The notes beneath the pieces are model-generated. The model had not been told where the DNA came from and made no database searches. It worked only from the letters and a program-made list of their open reading frames with translations. This document shows positions 1-8,976 of a stretch of DNA of 37,962 bases, piece after piece. How positions within the stretch are numbered: position 1 is the stretch's first letter; every line of letters starts with the position of its first letter. This stretch comes from Armatimonadota bacterium (GTDB taxonomy: Bacteria; Sysuimicrobiota; Sysuimicrobiia; Sysuimicrobiales; Humicultoraceae): positions 15,701 to 53,662 of the forward strand of contig JBBIJB010000009.1 of the NCBI GenBank assembly GCA_037446215.1, given 5' to 3'. Made by a program: the position numbers and the translations under genes.

Positions 1-221
1 TCCCAGATCCCGGAGCGCCCGATGGGGCGCAGGGGATGGCTGCCCTTGTCCCAGTCGTTGAACTCCCCCATCACGTGAACGCTCTCGGCGTCCGGCGCCC
101 AGACCGCGAAGCTCGTGCCCTCCACGCCTCCCAGCGTCAGCGGGTGCGCCCCCAGCTTCTCGTGGAGCTTGAAGTGCGTCCCCTCGTTGAACAGGTGGAG
201 GTCATCGCCTGAGAGCGGCAT
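1..221 (-). CDS. glgB: 1,4-alpha-glucan branching enzyme, 5' part only (runs off the window)
   Basis: Not in the ORF track. Manual translation from ATG 221 gives [58 protein letters not shown]...SGIW, the typical GlgB N-terminus (LGAH, FAVWAP, G-FN-W). SD AGGAGA upstream; lies directly downstream of treS. Confidence 0.92.
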   Translation of the reverse strand, partial: MPLSGDDLHLFNEGTHFKLHEKLGAHPLTLGGVEGTSFAVWAPDAESVHVMGEFNDWDKGSHPLRPIGRSGIW

Positions 222-240
222 GGTAGTCTCCTGCGTCCGG

Positions 241-3200
241 CTAGCGCGGCCCGATCAGCTCCAGCACGCCCTGGAGCGGGATCCGCACCCAGTCGGGTCG
301 GTTGTTCAGCTCGTAGCCGATCTCGTAGATCGCCTTCTCCAGCAGGAAGGCATCTATCAGGACCCTCGTCTCCGCGCTCGTCCTTGGCAGGAACGCCCCG
401 GTAGAGGCCGCCTCCAGGTAGGCGCCGAGGAAGGCCGCGCCTACCCACCTGTACCAGAACTGCGCCCAGGGCAGGAGGCTCCGCCCGGCCTCCGGGGTGA
501 GCGCGCCTGCACCACCCGGGGAGAGCAGCGCGAAGTGCGCCGCGCAGTGGAACGAGCGCAGCATCCCCGCCACGTCCCGGAGAGGGGACCTCTTCAGGCG
601 CCGCTCCGCGATCGGGCGGGCCGGCTCGCCCTCGAAGTCGATTATGACGAAGTCCTTTCCGGTGTGGAGCACCTGGCCCAGGTGGTAGTCGCCGTGGATC
701 CTGGTGCGGAGCCCCGAGATCCTCCGGTCGAGCAGCGCCCGCAGCCTCCTCAGGATCTCGGGCTGCCCCTCCAGCACCCGGCGCGCGTCCCCGGCGGCGG
801 CCTTCGGGAGGGTATCGGCGCGCCGGCGGAGCAGCGGCAGGACCTGGCCGGCGAGGCTGCGCATCGACTGGTAGACCGAGCGCTGGTAGAGCGTCGAGAA
901 GGGTTCGGGCGCGAAGGCCGGGTCGGCGGTGTTCGAGGCGAGGACGGCGTGCATCTCGGCCGTCCGGATCCCAAGTAGCCGCGCTGCCTCCAGGTAGGGC
1001 GCCGTCATCTCGAAGACCAGCGGAGGAGGTGGCTCCGCCGCCAGGTCAAGCAGGCTGCCTTTGGGAACGGGCGCTTTGCGGATCTCGGGCTGCCCGGCAA
1101 GGGCGCGCTCGTGGAACGCGCCCATGTGGTGCAGCGTGTACTGCCAGCCGTCGCCCTGGTTGGGTACGAAGGCCTGGGCCACCGCCACCGTCATCGGTTC
1201 CGCCGCCTCGGGGTGGAACTCGAGCGCCCCGGTCACGGCCGGGATGTGCGGGAATCCCCTCTCGGTCAGAAACCTACCCAACTCGAGGTCGGGGTTCGGG
1301 CCCGGGTCCAGCCGCCTGAATACCTTGAGTATCAGGCGATCGCCGAACGTCACCGAGGTGTTTCTCTGCTCGGCGCCCATCGGTACGGGCTCGGACGGCG
1401 CCTCGCCGCCTCCCATGACCTTGCGAAACGCGCGCGTGCGCACCGCCAAGAGCCTGCCGTCGACTCCGACGACATGCCTCTTCCGCGCCACCATCTCCAG
1501 CAGCCTGCCGGAGAAGCCGGGATCCACGAGCGCGTCAAAGACGATCCCCGCGGGTGCTCCCTCCGCGTCGACGGCGCGCGCCACAACAGCGCCGGGATAC
1601 TCGCTGGCGACCCGGGCGGCGCGCTCGCCCGTGGCGCGTGCGAGCGGCAGCAGGTAGGTCTCGGGCTCACCCTCCGCGTAGTCGACGCGGACGAACAGCA
1701 CCACCCCGTCCGGCGGTATCTCCACAGCGTGGGAGATGCCCGTGGATTTCAGCCTCCTGGCCTTTCCTCCGAACCACCTCCGCTCGCGCACATAGGAGCC
1801 GAGCGCCCTCTCCAGCGCGGGCCTCTCCGGGCCTTTGAGAACCTCCCGCCAGGGGGCGGCCGCCACCATAGGAGCCGGGCCTGCGCCGCCGGGGTCGGCC
1901 CAGGCGCGCGGGGCCGCGCCCCGGTTGGGTTGCAGCGCGAACCAGTAGAAGGAGTGGGGGCCCAGCGTCAGGAAGTAGGGTGCCTCTCCGATCGGCGGGA
2001 ACTCCTTCCTGCCGAAGAGCTCGACCGGGACCATCCCCTTGTACGCGGCAAGGTTCAGCTCGGCGTACTCGACGAAGCGCGACAGGTTTGCTATGACGAG
2101 TATGCGCTCCTCTTCGTGCCGGCGAACGAAGGCGAGCACCCCGCGGTTCTCCGGGCTGATCACCACGAGGTCGCCACGGCTGAACGCCTTGTACTGCCTG
2201 CGCAGTGCGACCAGGCGCCTGGTCCACCACAGCCGCGAGTGAGGGTTGTTCTGCTGCGCCTCGACGTTCACCGACTCGTAGTGGTACTCGGAGTCGATGA
2301 TCACGGGCAGGTATAGCCGCTGCGGGTTGCAGCGGCTGAAGCCCGCGTTCCGATCGGGGCTCCACTGCATCGGCGTCCGCACCCCGTTGCGGTCGCCGAG
2401 GTAGATGTTGTCCCCCATGCCGATCTCGTCGCCGTAGTAGATGATCGGAGTCCCGGGAAGCGAGAACAGCAGCCCGTTCATCAGCTCGATGCGGCGGTGG
2501 TGGTTTCCGAGCAGCGGCCCCAGACGCCGCCGGATGCCCAGGTTGATCCGCGCCTGGGGATCGTGGGCGTAGACCCTGTACATGTAGTCCCGTTCCTCGT
2601 CCGTCACCATCTCCAGGGTCAGCTCGTCGTGGTTGCGCAGGAAGATGCCCCACTGGCAACTCTGGGGGATGGAGGGCGTCTGCTCGAGCATGTCCAGGAT
2701 CGGGTAGCGGTCCTCCATCCGGATGGCCATGAACAGCCGCGGCATCAAGGGGAAGTGGAACGCCATGTGGCATTCGTCGCCTTCGCCGAAGTAGGCCGCG
2801 GCGTCCTCGGGCCACTGGTTGGCCTCGGCCAGCAGCATCCTCTCCTGGAACCTGCCGTCGACGTGCCGCCGCAGATCCTTCAGGAAGGCGTGGGTCTCCG
2901 GCAGGTTCTCGCACATCGTACCCTCACGCTCGTACAGGTAGGGTACGGCGTCGAGCCGCAGGCCGTCTATCCCCATGCGCATCCAGAAGTCCACCGCGCG
3001 GAGCAGGGCTCTCCTCACCGCCGGGTTCTCGTAGTTGAGATCCGGCTGGTGTGAGTAGAAGCGGTGCCAGTAGTAGGCCTTCGCCACGGAGTCCCATGCC
3101 CAGTTGGAGGACTCGAAGTCCTTGAATACTATCCGTGCGTCACGGTACCTGTCCGGGGTGTCGCTCCAGACGTAGAACTCCCTGGCCTTGCTCCCGGGCT

Positions 3201-3621
3201 TAGCCCTTCGCGCCTTCTGGAACCAGGCGTGCTGGTCCGAGGTATGGTTGACGACGAGCTCGGTGATCACCCGCAGCCCCCGCGCGTGGGCCTCGCGCAG
3301 GAAGGCTTCGAACTCCCGCAGCTTCCCGTAGCTGCCGTGGACCTCGGTGTAGCTCGAGATGTCGTAGCCGTCGTCCTTGAGGGGGGAGGGGTAGAAGGGG
3401 AGGAGCCAGACGGCGGTCACGCCCAGCGACTGCAGGTAGTCGAGCTTCTCGGTCAGCCCGCGGAAGTCGCCTATGCCGTCTCCGTCGCTGTCGTAGAACG
3501 CCCGCACGTGCAGCTCGTAGATGACGGCATCCTTGTACCAATGGGGGTCGCCGGCGGGCCGCGCGGCCGCGTTCCCGGCCGGTGCGGCGCCGCGCGCCCG
3601 TCGCCTATAGGTAGTACTCAA
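241..3621 (-). CDS. treS: Trehalose synthase (TreS, GH13) fused to maltokinase (Mak/Pep2)
   Basis: [18 protein letters not shown] start; GH13 catalytic motifs [23 protein letters not shown]-terminal kinase domain with [48 protein letters not shown] start overlaps the end of the glgE remnant; exact start uncertain. Confidence 0.95.
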   Translation of the reverse strand: MSTTYRRRARGAAPAGNAAARPAGDPHWYKDAVIYELHVRAFYDSDGDGIGDFRGLTEKLDYLQSLGVTAVWLLPFYPSPLKDDGYDISSYTEVHGSYGKLREFEAFLREAHARGLRVITELVVNHTSDQHAWFQKARRAKPGSKAREFYVWSDTPDRYRDARIVFKDFESSNWAWDSVAKAYYWHRFYSHQPDLNYENPAVRRALLRAVDFWMRMGIDGLRLDAVPYLYEREGTMCENLPETHAFLKDLRRHVDGRFQERMLLAEANQWPEDAAAYFGEGDECHMAFHFPLMPRLFMAIRMEDRYPILDMLEQTPSIPQSCQWGIFLRNHDELTLEMVTDEERDYMYRVYAHDPQARINLGIRRRLGPLLGNHHRRIELMNGLLFSLPGTPIIYYGDEIGMGDNIYLGDRNGVRTPMQWSPDRNAGFSRCNPQRLYLPVIIDSEYHYESVNVEAQQNNPHSRLWWTRRLVALRRQYKAFSRGDLVVISPENRGVLAFVRRHEEERILVIANLSRFVEYAELNLAAYKGMVPVELFGRKEFPPIGEAPYFLTLGPHSFYWFALQPNRGAAPRAWADPGGAGPAPMVAAAPWREVLKGPERPALERALGSYVRERRWFGGKARRLKSTGISHAVEIPPDGVVLFVRVDYAEGEPETYLLPLARATGERAARVASEYPGAVVARAVDAEGAPAGIVFDALVDPGFSGRLLEMVARKRHVVGVDGRLLAVRTRAFRKVMGGGEAPSEPVPMGAEQRNTSVTFGDRLILKVFRRLDPGPNPDLELGRFLTERGFPHIPAVTGALEFHPEAAEPMTVAVAQAFVPNQGDGWQYTLHHMGAFHERALAGQPEIRKAPVPKGSLLDLAAEPPPPLVFEMTAPYLEAARLLGIRTAEMHAVLASNTADPAFAPEPFSTLYQRSVYQSMRSLAGQVLPLLRRRADTLPKAAAGDARRVLEGQPEILRRLRALLDRRISGLRTRIHGDYHLGQVLHTGKDFVIIDFEGEPARPIAERRLKRSPLRDVAGMLRSFHCAAHFALLSPGGAGALTPEAGRSLLPWAQFWYRWVGAAFLGAYLEAASTGAFLPRTSAETRVLIDAFLLEKAIYEIGYELNNRPDWVRIPLQGVLELIGPR

Positions 3622-3871
3622 AGTCGTGCTCCCTGTAGGGCTCGTGGAGGTCCAGGTTGACCACGACGAGTATCACGTTCGAGCGGTCGTGCGACTGCTT
3701 CGTGTACGCCCGGATCTTGTTGACGCGCCCGATATGGTCACGCTTGATCTCCCCGATGAGCCGCTCCCAGAACCGGAAGGGTTTGGTGTGCGGGCTGTCC
3801 ACGCGGAAGAGCGTCACGCCAGGGAGAGAGGAGCACCGGGTCACACGAGGCCTTACGGCTGTGCAGCGCAT
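3605..3871 (-). pseudogene. glgE: Internally deleted remnant of GlgE (maltose-1-phosphate maltosyltransferase), 88 codons
   Basis: Contains the GlgE signature FRVD(S)[10 protein letters not shown] (canonical RVDNPHTKP), then [12 protein letters not shown]...[10 protein letters not shown](L)H and the C-terminal EHDFEYYL. Occupies the canonical glgE position upstream of treS-glgB; full GlgE is roughly 650-700 aa. Confidence 0.88.
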
Positions 3872-3946
3872 CTCTATCCCCCCTTAGGACAAAGCCACGC
3901 CGCCCGGCGGGGGCCTCCGGCCGAACTGCACGGGGTCGCGTTTCGT

Positions 3947-3961
3947 CTTGATTCTATCAAG
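3947..3961 (-). promoter_or_regulatory. Extended -10 promoter (TGaTAGAAT) for the glgE-treS-glgB operon, embedded in the palindrome CTTGAT-N3-ATCAAG
   Basis: Minus strand reads CTTGATAGAATCAAG about 80 nt upstream of the glgE ATG; the only AT-rich patch in this intergenic region. Confidence 0.5.
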
Positions 3962-3991
3962 CGGCCCCGGCCAGCGCTAACGCGGATTCGG

Positions 3992-4891
3992 CTACTTGAG
4001 CCTCGGGTCCAGGAGATCGCGCATGCCGTCGCCCAGCAGATTGAACCCCAGCACGGCCAGTAGGATCGCAATCCCGGGGAAAAGGCTCATCCACCACGCA
4101 TCCCTGACGAAGGCCCGACCCGAGAAGGCCATTGCGCCCCACTCCGGTGTGGGTGGCTGTGCCCCCAAACCCAGGAAGCTCAGGGCGGCGGTCGCCAGGA
4201 TTGCACCTCCAAACTGGAGGGTGGCGATCACGATTATAGGCGCGATGACATTGCGCAGAACATGAACATGGAGAATGCGCAGGTCTTTGGCGCCCATAGC
4301 CCGGGCGGCCTCGACATAGTCGTGCTGCTTGATCGTCAAGACCGCCCCCCGTACGACACGAATGAACGTCGGTGCGGCCGAGATTCCCACCGCGATCATC
4401 GCGTTCCTCAGCCCCGTTCCCAAGACGGCGACAATTGCGATGGCTAGAAGGAGGGTGGGAAAGGCGAGCCAGATGTCAACTACCCTCATCAAGACAGCAT
4501 CGGCCCTCGGGTAGAAACCGCTCGTAACCCCGATGGCAACACCCAAGAACGCCGAGATGCTCACCGCGATCATCCCCGCTATCAGAGATGGTCTGCTTCC
4601 CCATATGAGCATCCGGAAGAGATCACGCCCAAACTCGTCGGTTCCGGCTGGATACTGCCGAGAGGGAGGGAGCAGCCGGTCCTCAAAGTGCATCGCGTAG
4701 GGGTCGTAAGGCGCGATCACAGGCGCCAAGAGCCCCATGACGATGAGCATGCAGAGGACGGCGAGGCCAACCGATGCGCTGCGGTGACGTCGCAGGCGGA
4801 CGAAAGGCGTGATCCCAGACGTCTTCGCCTCACGATCCCGCCCGTGCGGCGGTCGGGCTAGTGCAGGGATCCCGCCCATCCATCTACTCAT
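3992..4891 (-). CDS. Peptide/nickel ABC transporter permease (DppC/OppC family)
   Basis: APYDP, GTDEFGRD, EAARAMGA (EAA loop), LSFLGLG..PPTPEWG, NLLGDGMRDLLDP. Confidence 0.93.
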   Translation of the reverse strand: MSRWMGGIPALARPPHGRDREAKTSGITPFVRLRRHRSASVGLAVLCMLIVMGLLAPVIAPYDPYAMHFEDRLLPPSRQYPAGTDEFGRDLFRMLIWGSRPSLIAGMIAVSISAFLGVAIGVTSGFYPRADAVLMRVVDIWLAFPTLLLAIAIVAVLGTGLRNAMIAVGISAAPTFIRVVRGAVLTIKQHDYVEAARAMGAKDLRILHVHVLRNVIAPIIVIATLQFGGAILATAALSFLGLGAQPPTPEWGAMAFSGRAFVRDAWWMSLFPGIAILLAVLGFNLLGDGMRDLLDPRLK

Positions 4892-5804
4892 AGCGGATCC
4901 TGGGGTCCAGAAGCGCGTAGAGCAGGTCCACGGTGAGGTTCACGAGGACAAAGACCACGGCGAAGATCAGGATCACGCCCTGGATGACCGGGAAGTCACG
5001 CTTCGCTATCGCCTGTACCGCGTACTGACCGATGCCGGGCAGGGCGAACACCGTCTCGGTTACCACGGCGCCCGACAGCAAGCCTCCGAACTGTAGCCCG
5101 ACCAGTGTGATCACCGGGATCAACGCGTTGCGCAAGGCATGACGGCGGAGCACCCTCGATCGGGCGGCACCCTTCGCGCGGGCCGTACGGATGTAGTCCT
5201 GCCTGAGGACCTCGAGCAGGCTGCTTCGCGTAAGGCGGGCGATGCCCCCTCCGGAGAGCAAGCCGAGCGTGATCGCCGGCAGCACCAGGGAGTGCAGTCC
5301 ATCATACCCTGATACGGGGAAGAGACCCAGCCGCACCGCAAAGGCCCACATGAGGAGGAACGCGACCCAGAAGCTTGGCGCGGATATGCCGACAAGGGCA
5401 CACACCATCAGGGTGAAGTCGGCGGGGCGGTTGTGGTGTGTGGCTGCAACGACACCCGCTGAGAGGCCTATGGCGGTGCCCACAGCCAGGCTCATGAGTG
5501 ACAGGCGAAGGGTGACAGGGAACCTTGCCCTGATCTCCCGCGATATGGGCACGTTGGTGATCAGCGACCGCCCGAGATCGCCCCGCGCGACTCGGAGCAC
5601 GAAGCGCACGTACTGCTCATGCGCAGGGACGTCCAGCCCCATGCTCTTCCGGAGCTCGGCGACGGCTTCCGGCGGCGCCAAGTCGCCGAGCATGTATCGC
5701 ACCGGATCCCCTGGGATCAAGTGCAAGAGCCCGAACGCGAGAGCCGAAACGCCGAGGAGCACGAAGACCGTGCTCCCCAGTCGTTTGGCGATGTAGACCT
5801 GCAT
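4884..5804 (-). CDS. Peptide/nickel ABC transporter permease (DppB/OppB family)
   Basis: PGDP, GDLGRS, DYIRTARAKG, HALRNALIP, ETVFALPGIG, DLLYALLDPRIRY. Confidence 0.94.
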   Translation of the reverse strand: MQVYIAKRLGSTVFVLLGVSALAFGLLHLIPGDPVRYMLGDLAPPEAVAELRKSMGLDVPAHEQYVRFVLRVARGDLGRSLITNVPISREIRARFPVTLRLSLMSLAVGTAIGLSAGVVAATHHNRPADFTLMVCALVGISAPSFWVAFLLMWAFAVRLGLFPVSGYDGLHSLVLPAITLGLLSGGGIARLTRSSLLEVLRQDYIRTARAKGAARSRVLRRHALRNALIPVITLVGLQFGGLLSGAVVTETVFALPGIGQYAVQAIAKRDFPVIQGVILIFAVVFVLVNLTVDLLYALLDPRIRYE

Positions 5805-5811
5805 GCCCGGC

Positions 5812-7398
5812 CTACTTGCGGGCTATGTACGCGTCGTTCAGGTACACGGCATTCGTGAACGGGTGAGCCTTGACGCCCTTGACGTCCCCCCGGACCGCTA
5901 TGACGTGCTCCCTCACGTACAGCGGGACCCACGGGGCGGCCTCCACCAGCTTCTTCTGGATCTCGAAGTAGATCTCCATCCTCTTCCGCTCTTCCATGGT
6001 GGTCCGGCCCGCGTCAAGGAGCCGATCCAGCTCAGGCGTCGAGTAGTGGACTCGCACGGAGCGGCCCGTGTAGAAGAGCGCGTGCAGGATGTCGGGGTCG
6101 TACCAGCCATAGGGCCAGACGATCATCTCGTGCAGCCCCCGCGGCGTGTTGGCACGTATCGTGGCGTCCTCCAGGACCTCCAGGTCAACATGCATGCCGA
6201 TGGCCCGGAGCTGCGACTGCAGGATCATCCCTATTCTGTGATTGACGGGTTCGGAAGTGACCCAGAGGCTCGATGATAGGCGTCGGCCGTCCTTGACCAT
6301 GATCCCGTCGGGCCCCGGTTGCCACCCGCCCTCGGCGAGGACGGCGCGCGCCTTTCGGCGATCGAAGGGGTAGAGCTGCTTGCTCATCTCCTCGATCCGG
6401 TCCGAGTACCCGGGGATCGTCTGCGGTAGAGGGCCATAGATGGGCTTCGCCAGCCCCTCCAGTGCGAAGCGGATCACGTTGTCACGCTGGACCGCGGTCG
6501 AGATCGCCTGACGAACCTTGATGTCGGTGAATGGCCACTTCTTGTTGTTGAAGCCGAGGTAGGTGATTCCGTTCTCTCGCGTCCGCAGCAGTTGAATGTC
6601 TTGACGCTCGCGAAGCCGACGAACCTCTTGTGTCGGCACGCTCATCACCACGTGTACCCCTCCCCGATCGAGCTCCATCATTCGGGTCGCCTCATCGGGG
6701 ATGACACGCAGGCGCACGGTCTCAACATACGGAGCCCGCTTGTTCGTCGCGTAACGAGGGCCCCAGGCGTAGTCATCGGCCCTCCGAAAGACCAGGTGTG
6801 ACCCGCGGACCCGCTCCACAAACTTGAAGGGCCCGGCGCCGCTGGGCCGCTCCCCAAACTCGAGGCCTTCACGCTCCATCACCGTCGGATCGAACGGGGC
6901 GAGATACGCTGTGACCATCGGGGCCCAGATCGGCGCAAAGGGCTCACGGAACCGCATTCGAGCCGTCCTTGTGTCCACGACATCGACGGCTTCCAGTGGG
7001 CCCAGCATGAAGGCGGTCGCGGGCGATCTCACGGCGGGATCGCGAGCCCGATCGTAGGTCCTCTTCACCGCCTCCGCGGTGAATGGTGCTCCCGAGTGGA
7101 AGCGAACATCGGTGCGCAGCGTGAAAGTTATTTCCTTCCCATCGGGGGAGACGCGCCACGACTCCGCCAGGTGCGGGATGATCTTCCCCTTCTCGTCCAT
7201 GGCGACGAGCGTGTCATAGGGGAGGTAGTTCCCGATATCCACCCACGTTGTTCGGTGGATGTCCAGGGTGTCCGGATCACGGACGATAGCGACGGTCAGC
7301 GTTCCGCCGCGGACCGGTTGACCAGTAGCTGAACCGGTGAGACCAAGCGCTAGCAGCAGGGCCACGCAGACGAAGCTCTTGCTGAACTTGAACACCAT
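5812..7398 (-). CDS. Peptide ABC transporter substrate-binding protein (family 5, DppA/OppA-like)
   Basis: Signal peptide, GGTLTVAI, PHLAESW, FTLR..VRFHSG, GAGPFKF, KVRQAI; adjacent to the two permeases. Confidence 0.93.
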   Translation of the reverse strand: MVFKFSKSFVCVALLLALGLTGSATGQPVRGGTLTVAIVRDPDTLDIHRTTWVDIGNYLPYDTLVAMDEKGKIIPHLAESWRVSPDGKEITFTLRTDVRFHSGAPFTAEAVKRTYDRARDPAVRSPATAFMLGPLEAVDVVDTRTARMRFREPFAPIWAPMVTAYLAPFDPTVMEREGLEFGERPSGAGPFKFVERVRGSHLVFRRADDYAWGPRYATNKRAPYVETVRLRVIPDEATRMMELDRGGVHVVMSVPTQEVRRLRERQDIQLLRTRENGITYLGFNNKKWPFTDIKVRQAISTAVQRDNVIRFALEGLAKPIYGPLPQTIPGYSDRIEEMSKQLYPFDRRKARAVLAEGGWQPGPDGIMVKDGRRLSSSLWVTSEPVNHRIGMILQSQLRAIGMHVDLEVLEDATIRANTPRGLHEMIVWPYGWYDPDILHALFYTGRSVRVHYSTPELDRLLDAGRTTMEERKRMEIYFEIQKKLVEAAPWVPLYVREHVIAVRGDVKGVKAHPFTNAVYLNDAYIARK

Positions 7399-7452
7399 TC
7401 AGCCCCCCCTTACGATGTCATACCTCCTTCGCCGTGCCCGATTCTTGCACAC

Positions 7453-7481
7453 ATGCTACACTCGAAGTCTCCCAAGTTCAA
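7453..7481 (-). promoter_or_regulatory. Sigma70-type promoter for the dppABC-like genes
   Basis: Minus strand TTGAAC-N17-TAGCAT in the 7399-7498 intergenic gap. Confidence 0.5.
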
Positions 7482-7498
7482 TCTGCGGCCGAGCGTCG

Positions 7499-8896
7499 CT
7501 ACGCCGGAACTCGCCCAGTCTTCCGGAACCTGTATCGCTCGAAGAGCAGATCGACCCCTTCCCCCGTCGACCTGAACTCCACCGGAAGGCACTGGCCGCC
7601 CGCCATGGTCCGAAACAGGGCCACATCGCCCGAGGATGCCTCAGGCCACAGAGGTACTATCTGTTCGGTGTGCCGGTCGCGAATCTCAAGGATCAGGAAG
7701 TCGCCGGCGCGCCGCACCGTGGCACCGAACGTCCCCCGATAGGTCTCGTAGACCCCGGCTAGGCGATCCAGGATGCGCTCAAGGCGAAGCGCCGGGATCT
7801 CCCAGGGGTTCTCTCCAAGCATCAGCGCGAGCGCGCAGTGAGCGAAGTACTGCATGGGATACCCGCTGCCGTTGGAAAGCACGATTGCGCCTATGCCGGC
7901 TTCTGGGACGAACGCCATGTGGGCCGTGCTGACCAAGACGCTGCCCCCGTGTCCCACCAGCTTCTTGCCGAAGAAGTCCGGATAGGCCGACAGCCCGTAG
8001 CCGTAGAACCCTGAAGGGGTGTCGCCTTGCGTCCACGGTCTCCTCAGCGGAAGGGGGACGGCGGGGGCCTGCATGGCGTGGAGTGAGTCCGCGCCGATCA
8101 AGGGCTTCTCCGAGCCGTCCCCCTGAGTGAGGTACATGGTCACATATGCGGCCATGTCGTCCGCGCTCGAAATCAATCCCCCATCGCTGGTGATGCGCCC
8201 GTATAGGTACCGTCCTGGCAGGTGCGCCTTTTCCTTCGTGATCACGTAGGGAACTGCCGCGTCCCCGTCGCCCTCGACAGCTTCGCGGCCGAAGTGGCTG
8301 CGAGTCATTCCAAGCGGAGCCAGGATGTGTTCCTTGATGTAGTCGCTGTAAGGTTGCCCCGAGACCTTCTCGATCACGGCCCCCAACAGGACGTAGCCCT
8401 CGTTCAGGTAGAACCATCGCTCCCCCGGGCGGCCGAGCGTCCAATCCCCCGCCCCGTTGACGAAGCGCAACATATCGTCGTACCCGCCCAGCGGGAGCCA
8501 GCGGTCGCTGCTCCCCTGGCGGTGCCGGATCGCGGCCTCGGCGTAGGCCAGGGCTGGGATGCCAGAGCTGTGTGACATGAGATGCCGCAGCCGGATCGGC
8601 TCCCCGCCCGGCCGGATCTCGAGCGGGAGGTACCGCTCACAGAGGTCGTCGACACTCAGCAGGCCTCTCTCCTGCAACTGCATCATTGCCAGACACGTGA
8701 ACGACTTCGTGATGCTTCCGATGGCGTAAAGGGTGCGAGGGGTTGCGGGCAAGCCCCTCTCGATGTCCCGGAGGCCGAGACCCCTGCGATAGACCACCTC
8801 CCCGTCTCGAAGCAGGGCGAGGCTCAGGCCCGGAAGCCGGGTCTCGCCCATCTTCTCCAGGATGAACTCCTCCAGGACTGGGACGAATTCAAGCAT
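7499..8896 (-). CDS. Serine hydrolase, beta-lactamase/PBP fold; Pab87/CubicO-like peptidase
   Basis: True start MLEFVPV at 8896 (SD AAGGAG), not the 718-aa ORF start. Motifs SITK (SxxK), YLN, GHGG. C-terminal DLLFERYRFRK recalls the Pyrococcus Pab87 oligomerisation domain. Confidence 0.85.
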   Translation of the reverse strand: MLEFVPVLEEFILEKMGETRLPGLSLALLRDGEVVYRRGLGLRDIERGLPATPRTLYAIGSITKSFTCLAMMQLQERGLLSVDDLCERYLPLEIRPGGEPIRLRHLMSHSSGIPALAYAEAAIRHRQGSSDRWLPLGGYDDMLRFVNGAGDWTLGRPGERWFYLNEGYVLLGAVIEKVSGQPYSDYIKEHILAPLGMTRSHFGREAVEGDGDAAVPYVITKEKAHLPGRYLYGRITSDGGLISSADDMAAYVTMYLTQGDGSEKPLIGADSLHAMQAPAVPLPLRRPWTQGDTPSGFYGYGLSAYPDFFGKKLVGHGGSVLVSTAHMAFVPEAGIGAIVLSNGSGYPMQYFAHCALALMLGENPWEIPALRLERILDRLAGVYETYRGTFGATVRRAGDFLILEIRDRHTEQIVPLWPEASSGDVALFRTMAGGQCLPVEFRSTGEGVDLLFERYRFRKTGRVPA

Positions 8897-8976
8897 GATC
8901 CCGCACTCCTTTCCCTTTCTCGATTGGGTTCCGGCTCCCGCAGCCCGAAATGCGGGCTGCCGGCCCCGGCCAGCGC

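Noticed and set aside
3948-3960. Canonical FNR box
   Set aside because: The spacer is 3 bp, not the required 4; kept only as a generic palindrome.
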